From: a virus
Virus record (IMG/VR): IMGVR_UViG_3300027896_005002
Location: 1-59,487 of that record
Strand: one strand, 5' to 3'
Length of the DNA: 59,487 nt
Positions 55,108 to 59,487 of this stretch are shown here, one piece after another. The translations under genes and the position numbers were made by a program. Below the pieces are notes generated by a model. That model saw nothing but the letters and a program-made list of their open reading frames with translations. It did not search any database and was not told the DNA's origin. Every line of letters begins with the position of its first letter. Within the stretch, counting starts at the first letter, position 1.

Positions 55108-56526
55108 CTAAGAAATTTCTACAATATCTGTTACGTCATATGCACTTGTCTGAAGTGTATCTCCAGTACCATGAAATACATTCTCAATAAAATTAAGATT
55201 TGCACTATATCTCGAAATTGTTTGTGTATCAGCATTATATATTAACAATGACTGATATCTAGGATCGTGAATGTCACCAACATTACTAACTTTTAAACAA
55301 CGAATAGTTTTTGCAATAATATCCGTATCACCTTCATTTACAAAACTACTATTAACTCTCAAAATTTTTCGACCATTATTAACAAAAATATATCCATTTG
55401 GATGTTTTACAATCGCATTAAAAGCTGTATTCATAAATTCATTTGGCCACGTTGGTAATTCACCAATTACAGTTTGTGTAGTAAAAACAGAAAAGTTTGT
55501 TGATTCAATTGTTTGAAATAAACTACCAACAGCATAACCGCCATTAATAGGGCGCACATTTGGTAAATAAACAGTCCAAGGAAAATGTGTTCCTGAACCA
55601 TTTGTTGATGTAACATTTACTACTAAATTACCATTTATATGATTATATGAAGTAATAGTCCCTTGCATATTATTAGATACATCGTACTTAATAATAATAT
55701 TTTGCCCTGCAGAAAATGCTAAACCTGTTCCTATAACAAGTGATTGACTGCCAGTTCCAATAGTTAAATGCGTCGATGATGATGTTGTTGAACTAGTTGC
55801 ATAAGTAGGACTTGAAACAACTCTAGCAGCTCCACTTACTATAAAACTATTTGAAGCAAATCCTCTACAAATTCCCGTCGGTCTAAACCACGCAGTTTGT
55901 ATATTGTTTAAATTTCCACTAACTTTTACACTAACTAAATTTGTTGTAAGTCTTTCAATTCTAATAAAAGGACCACTATGATCTGGTAAATAAACAGACC
56001 AAGAAGAATATGTTCCTGAACCATTTATTGATAATACATTAACAACTAATTGACCATTTATCGGATTATAAGAAGTAATCATTCCTTGCATGTTAATTGA
56101 TGGATTATTAAAATATTCAATAATAATATTTTGTCCGACTGAATATGACAAACTCGTTTGTATAACTAGAGATTGACTACCCAATCCAACAGTTAACGAT
56201 GTTATTGATGTTGATGATGGTGGTTCTCCTGCACCCATGCCAACTACATACAAATCATTTGTAATATCATCATACATTATAGCATATGGTTTACCTATAG
56301 TATTTGCAGTACTATGCTCTGAATGATACGTTAAATTGGGATAAAGTTTTACAACTCTTGAATGATCACAAACAAACCAATATCCACTATTTGCAACACC
56401 CCATGGATAATTTAATGTACTATTAGTCTCACCTTTAACACCAAACGTACCAAAACTATCACCTACAACACCATTATTTACGGCTTTAACAACATGACAT
56501 TTAGTTCTTTGTGTAAAATGAATCAT
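55108..56526 (-). CDS. NHL-repeat fibre protein carrying two copies of the beta-sandwich module also found in the giant GYSG protein
   Basis: Seen in sequence: LTVGLGSQSLVIQTSLSYSVGQNIIIEYFNNPSINMQGMITSYNPINGQLVVNVLSINGSGTYSSWSVYLP and HLTIGTGSQSLVIGTGLAFSAGQNIIIKYDVSNNMQGTITSYNHINGNLVVNVTSTNGSGTHFPWTVYLP. These align with TLTIGTGSQTLTIGTQLAYSIGQEILIVYDASNSMKGNVVVYNPVNGYFVVNVTSIIGSGTYSNWNVSL from 1..5843. Confidence 0.55.
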   Translation of the reverse strand: MIHFTQRTKCHVVKAVNNGVVGDSFGTFGVKGETNSTLNYPWGVANSGYWFVCDHSRVVKLYPNLTYHSEHSTANTIGKPYAIMYDDITNDLYVVGMGAGEPPSSTSITSLTVGLGSQSLVIQTSLSYSVGQNIIIEYFNNPSINMQGMITSYNPINGQLVVNVLSINGSGTYSSWSVYLPDHSGPFIRIERLTTNLVSVKVSGNLNNIQTAWFRPTGICRGFASNSFIVSGAARVVSSPTYATSSTTSSSTHLTIGTGSQSLVIGTGLAFSAGQNIIIKYDVSNNMQGTITSYNHINGNLVVNVTSTNGSGTHFPWTVYLPNVRPINGGYAVGSLFQTIESTNFSVFTTQTVIGELPTWPNEFMNTAFNAIVKHPNGYIFVNNGRKILRVNSSFVNEGDTDIIAKTIRCLKVSNVGDIHDPRYQSLLIYNADTQTISRYSANLNFIENVFHGTGDTLQTSAYDVTDIVEIS

Positions 56527-56541
56527 TTACATCCTCTTAAA

Positions 56542-56570
56542 TAAAAGGCCCACTATCCGTGAGCCTTTTT
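56542..56570 (-). terminator. Rho-independent terminator-like hairpin after the intein-containing gene (aaaaGGCcCACtatccGTGaGCCtttt)
   Basis: Seen in sequence: a 7+3-bp stem with one mismatch and a 5-nt loop. A U-rich tail follows on the minus-strand transcript, about 20 nt after the stop at 56589. Confidence 0.5.
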
Positions 56571-56588
56571 AACAAACAACGCGATTTA

Positions 56589-58499
56589 TTAAAATAATCC
56601 TTCGCTAGCTAACCTTGCAACAAAAGCTTCTGTATTATCATAAGTTTCTACATTGCCATTTTTATCAACAATATACTCTTCAAGTACAGGTTGACCATTT
56701 TCTTCTTTATAATTAGTCTTTATTGTAATATAACCATCACCTTGCTTTACAGTGTCAACTGTTGAATAACTTTTGTTTGATTCAGCAAAAGTTACCTCAG
56801 GCATTGTAATAACTTCATCAAAAATATCATCTACTACTTGAGCAATCCTTTCATTAACTGATGATTTCTTTTTCTTCTTCTTGTCTTCTTTATAATGAGG
56901 TTCTGGCTTCTTCGTTAATTTTCCACCAGGACCCCATTTTTCACCAGGTTTCTTTTTTGACATCCACCAACTATTATGAACAAAAACACCTGCATCTAAA
57001 GCAAAATTATGATACTTATCAACCGTAAAATCATAGACATCTTCTTTAACATCAAGTACTTTTGCACTAACAACTTTATGATTAATTTTTAATTGGTACT
57101 TTTTCTCTGTTTCAAAAATAAGATTATCTAAAGTACCAAAAGTTTTGATAGCAGTACAAAAATCAGGATTGTTAATTGAATGTCTATGTTCATCCCATGT
57201 ATTTTCATTAATTGGTAAATTAGCTTCAATAATTCTTTTTGTTACTTTCATTGATTTTGCTTTTACCATATTACCAAATTTAAATTTTTCATCTACATTA
57301 ATTTTAATTTGATCAACTGTACCAAAGTGTAAAATTGCTGTAGAAAAAGATGGATTACTTTTGTATCCCATATGCTCAAACCATGTATTTTCATTAATTG
57401 ACAACCCATAATCCATTATTCTTTTTGCTATCCTCAAAATTTTTGATTTTGTAATCGTGCCATCAATATTTCTTTCTCTAATAGCTTCAATTGCTTCTTC
57501 AGATTCATTATATTTTCCTAAAGCAATTTTTCCAGCTTCAGCACCTAACATTCCATTTTCCTTACAGTTTTTAATTTGCTCACCGCGATGCTTTTGCCAC
57601 AATAATTTCATATTACGTCTTCCAATAATAGACGCCATTATTCGACCTTCTTCAGACTTATTATATTCAATTAGATATTTTGCACAATCAGCTCTACGAT
57701 GAAGTATTGAATGTTCACTACCAGTAAGTAATTTGATATTATTTGGATGGTTATTATCTTTATTAAAATCGTCATGATGATTAATAAAACCTCTTGTCCA
57801 TTCTTTACCAAACTTCATCTTAGCAACAAGTCTATGAACAAAATGTTTTTTTCCATCATTCGACCAACATCGTTTATAACCGTCACAAAAACTTCCTTCA
57901 TATCTATCAAAATAAATCGGCATCAAAGATTCATTACATTGCAAATTCTGAGCTTCTTTATAAGAACCATCAATTAACATAAACTTATGATTTTTAGTAC
58001 ATCTAATTGATTGTCCATTATCAAGAATAATCTCAATAAGCTCAGCATTATTAATTGTTTTATGAAAATTAAATGCTTTTCCTACAACAATTTTATTTTG
58101 ATCAACATCAAAAGAATAAACAAATGTTTCTTTATCTATACCAAATTCATCAACTAATTGTTTTATTGATAACACTCTTCCATCCAACAGTGGTACTTTA
58201 GTATCACCAGTAAAACACAATGCCCAAGGATTTGTAATATTCTTGTGCTTTTTCATTGCACGTGTTGTTCCTCCCCATCCTGGAGGAGATACAGCTACTT
58301 TTTCGTTTGCCAATACTTCACTGGCAACACGATCAATATTTTCATTCATACTACCTCTCCTTAAACGATTCTTAAATTGTTCCTCGATTAGTTCTTTACC
58401 ATCACTCGGCAAATCAACAAATCTCTTCTCTAACTGATCATGTCCATTTTCGGCATAATCAGTTCGTTCACGTAATGGCTGTAACTTCTCGTCTAACAT
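56589..58499 (-). CDS. Intein-containing precursor of a ~221-aa Lys/Trp-rich protein of unknown function (94-aa N-extein, 415-aa intein, 127-aa C-extein)
   Basis: Seen in sequence: the extein junctions are ...NITNPWAL | CFTGDTKVPLLDG (intein block A, Cys1) and ...VYDFTVDKYHNFALDAGVFVHN | SWWMSKK (terminal His-Asn, Ser+1). Block B TxxH is IRCTKNHKFML. Confidence 0.75.
   Translation of the reverse strand: MLDEKLQPLRERTDYAENGHDQLEKRFVDLPSDGKELIEEQFKNRLRRGSMNENIDRVASEVLANEKVAVSPPGWGGTTRAMKKHKNITNPWALCFTGDTKVPLLDGRVLSIKQLVDEFGIDKETFVYSFDVDQNKIVVGKAFNFHKTINNAELIEIILDNGQSIRCTKNHKFMLIDGSYKEAQNLQCNESLMPIYFDRYEGSFCDGYKRCWSNDGKKHFVHRLVAKMKFGKEWTRGFINHHDDFNKDNNHPNNIKLLTGSEHSILHRRADCAKYLIEYNKSEEGRIMASIIGRRNMKLLWQKHRGEQIKNCKENGMLGAEAGKIALGKYNESEEAIEAIRERNIDGTITKSKILRIAKRIMDYGLSINENTWFEHMGYKSNPSFSTAILHFGTVDQIKINVDEKFKFGNMVKAKSMKVTKRIIEANLPINENTWDEHRHSINNPDFCTAIKTFGTLDNLIFETEKKYQLKINHKVVSAKVLDVKEDVYDFTVDKYHNFALDAGVFVHNSWWMSKKKPGEKWGPGGKLTKKPEPHYKEDKKKKKKSSVNERIAQVVDDIFDEVITMPEVTFAESNKSYSTVDTVKQGDGYITIKTNYKEENGQPVLEEYIVDKNGNVETYDNTEAFVARLASEGLF
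56973..58217 (-). mobile_element. Intein (Hint domain split by an HNH homing-endonuclease domain and two copies of a ~45-aa helical repeat)
   Basis: Seen in sequence: I mapped the boundaries codon by codon (Cys1 codon at 58215-58217; terminal Asn codon at 56973-56975). The HNH-like region is HFVHRLVAKMKFGKEWTRGFINHHDDFNKDNNHPNNIKLLTGSEHSILHRR. The internal duplicates are NENTWFEHMGYKSNPSFSTAILHFGTVDQI and NENTWDEHRHSINNPDFCTAIKTFGTLDNL. Confidence 0.75.
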
Positions 58500-58735
58500 T
58501 AATAAATGTTAAAGTTCTTATCATATCCACCAGTTCCAAATCCTTCTTTCGAACGATTTGTAAGCGGAGATGATACACCGTCAATAGTAGTAACACTTGA
58601 ATCTACTCGACGTGTTGTTCCAGTTGTTGTTGGCTCAATCTGAGCAAACTTCGGGTCATCAAATCTAAAAGTTTCAACTTTTGATGCAACACCTGCAACA
58701 ACAGCTTCTTTTAAAGTAGTGTTAATAGCACTCAT
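58499..58735 (-). CDS. Hypothetical small protein (78 aa); first minus-strand gene after the strand switch
   Basis: ORF whose TAA stop overlaps the ATG of the intein-containing gene by 1 nt (TAATG). A GGAGGA Shine-Dalgarno lies upstream on the minus strand (plus-strand tcctcc at 58741-58746). Confidence 0.45.
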   Translation of the reverse strand: MSAINTTLKEAVVAGVASKVETFRFDDPKFAQIEPTTTGTTRRVDSSVTTIDGVSSPLTNRSKEGFGTGGYDKNFNIY

Positions 58736-58880
58736 ACTGTCCTCCTAAAAAATGTTTAAGATACTGTTATTTAATTTCATTTCATTTTTAAATAGAATAA
58801 ATATTAACTCATTATTAATATAAATGAAATCAAAGTAATTTTATTTTGATAAATATGTTACTAAAAAGGAGAAATAATTA
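58736..58880. promoter_or_regulatory. AT-rich divergent intergenic region at the strand switch (minus-strand structural operon leftwards, plus-strand gene rightwards)
   Basis: Seen in sequence: 145 bp at about 80% A+T between divergent start codons, with an AAGGAG Shine-Dalgarno at 58866-58871 nine nt before the plus-strand ATG. I could not confidently pick out specific -35/-10 elements. Confidence 0.4.
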
Positions 58881-59487
58881 ATGAACCATCTAGCAACTAT
58901 TCAATCTGAATTCGTTAAAGAAGCTCGTAAGTGGAAAGATCTAACTTATGACGAACAAAAAGGCTATTTAAAAAGACATCCTAGAACAAAAAGAAAATTG
59001 ACTGCTAAACCCGATGGTTCTTCTACAAGTCAAGAATCTTCACAAGCTGCTGGATCAGACGACGAATCTACAAAAAATAAAATTCTTAACATGACATATG
59101 CAGATTTTGCTGAAAAATTGTCTGGTCAATCAAAGTCTTCTATAAAAGATAGAATTGAAAAATTACAATTCAAAATGGATAGAACACAAGCAGCAGCTGC
59201 ACGTAGAGAACAACGAGCACAAGGAGACTTAGATGGTACAGCTTTTGAAGCAGCATATGAAAGAAATCGACCACTAGAAATTGAACAAAAATTACTTAAA
59301 CATTTTCTAGAACATGGTAATAAAAAACTACCTCCAGAATTACAACAAGAATTTGATGAAGTTAACAAACACAAACAACGACATTCCGAGTATAAACAAG
59401 AACAAAAAACAGAAAAAGAAAAACATGCACATCTAATTGGTAAAAAAATTACTTGGATATCATCAAAATATCACGGTCAAGAGATGT
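58881..59487 (+). CDS. Hypothetical protein, 3'-partial (>202 aa); N-terminus shares a ~45-aa module with the sigma factor (30359..31630) and with 7623..8108
   Basis: Seen in sequence: ATG at 58881 after an AAGGAG Shine-Dalgarno; the frame is open to the window end. MNHLATIQSEFVKEARKWKDLTYDEQKGYLKRHPRTKRKLTAKP aligns with sigma-factor residues RDWDELTLDEQRVYLKKHPGSRRTLTAKP and with MNHLSTIQKEFIKF of 7623..8108. No sigma motifs are visible in the part inside the window. Confidence 0.55.
   Translation, partial: MNHLATIQSEFVKEARKWKDLTYDEQKGYLKRHPRTKRKLTAKPDGSSTSQESSQAAGSDDESTKNKILNMTYADFAEKLSGQSKSSIKDRIEKLQFKMDRTQAAAARREQRAQGDLDGTAFEAAYERNRPLEIEQKLLKHFLEHGNKKLPPELQQEFDEVNKHKQRHSEYKQEQKTEKEKHAHLIGKKITWISSKYHGQEM

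Noticed and set aside
59126-59374. 82-aa minus-strand ORF near the window end
   Set aside because: It is antisense to the plus-strand gene 58881..>59487, which has an AAGGAG Shine-Dalgarno and a long open frame. The minus ORF product is Cys/Ser-rich low complexity.
1-59487. tRNA, rRNA, tmRNA and CRISPR searches by eye
   Set aside because: No intergenic region other than 22676..22895 (220 bp) and 51438..51594 (157 bp) is long enough to hold one. Neither shows a cloverleaf-compatible GC-rich stem arrangement.

Overview
This is an AT-rich (roughly 30% GC by eye) segment of a large tailed-phage (Caudoviricetes-like) genome, possibly an integrated prophage. Genes are packed tightly with frequent 1-10 nt overlaps. 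All but one are on the minus strand; the single plus-strand gene (58881..>59487) diverges from a strand-switch region at 58736..58880. Most genes have strong AGGAGG-type Shine-Dalgarno sequences, which points to a host that uses SD-dependent initiation (for example a low-GC Gram-positive), but I cannot name the host or the phage.

Modules, reading from high to low coordinates on the minus strand:
- 56589..58499: an intein-containing gene with an HNH homing endonuclease.
- 43844..56526: seven paralogous fibre or spike proteins built from NHL-repeat, PKD, beta-propeller and collagen-like (GYSG) modules, with a two-domain glycosyltransferase embedded among them.
- 40556..43809: a translationally coupled operon encoding a P-loop nucleotide kinase, a radical-SAM/SPASM enzyme, a topoisomerase-type zinc-finger protein, a family-4 UDG-like protein and small zinc-ribbon proteins. 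I flag this as a candidate uncharacterised DNA-modification system.
- 33201..40491: gyrB, gyrA, an acyl carrier protein and a type IA topoisomerase.
- 30359..31630: a sigma-70-family factor immediately upstream of the large terminase.
- 19354..30357: the head module, with terminase, portal, acidic scaffold and a GC-richer putative major capsid gene followed by a strong terminator.
- 16202..19261: a 1019-aa five-domain enzyme with three GT2 domains and two methyltransferase domains.
- 11789..12775 and 10895..11644: a full-length DnaJ chaperone and a truncated NAD-dependent epimerase/dehydratase-like protein.
- 5846..7463: a holin-like membrane protein, a free-standing I-TevI-like GIY-YIG endonuclease and a HAD-like phosphatase.
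- 1..5843: a giant (>1947 aa, 3'-partial) Gly-Tyr-Ser-rich collagen-like fibre protein. The ORF track does not list it because it has no stop inside the window.

I found no CRISPR array, tRNA or rRNA. All functional calls rest on motif recognition by eye; none was tested by a database search.
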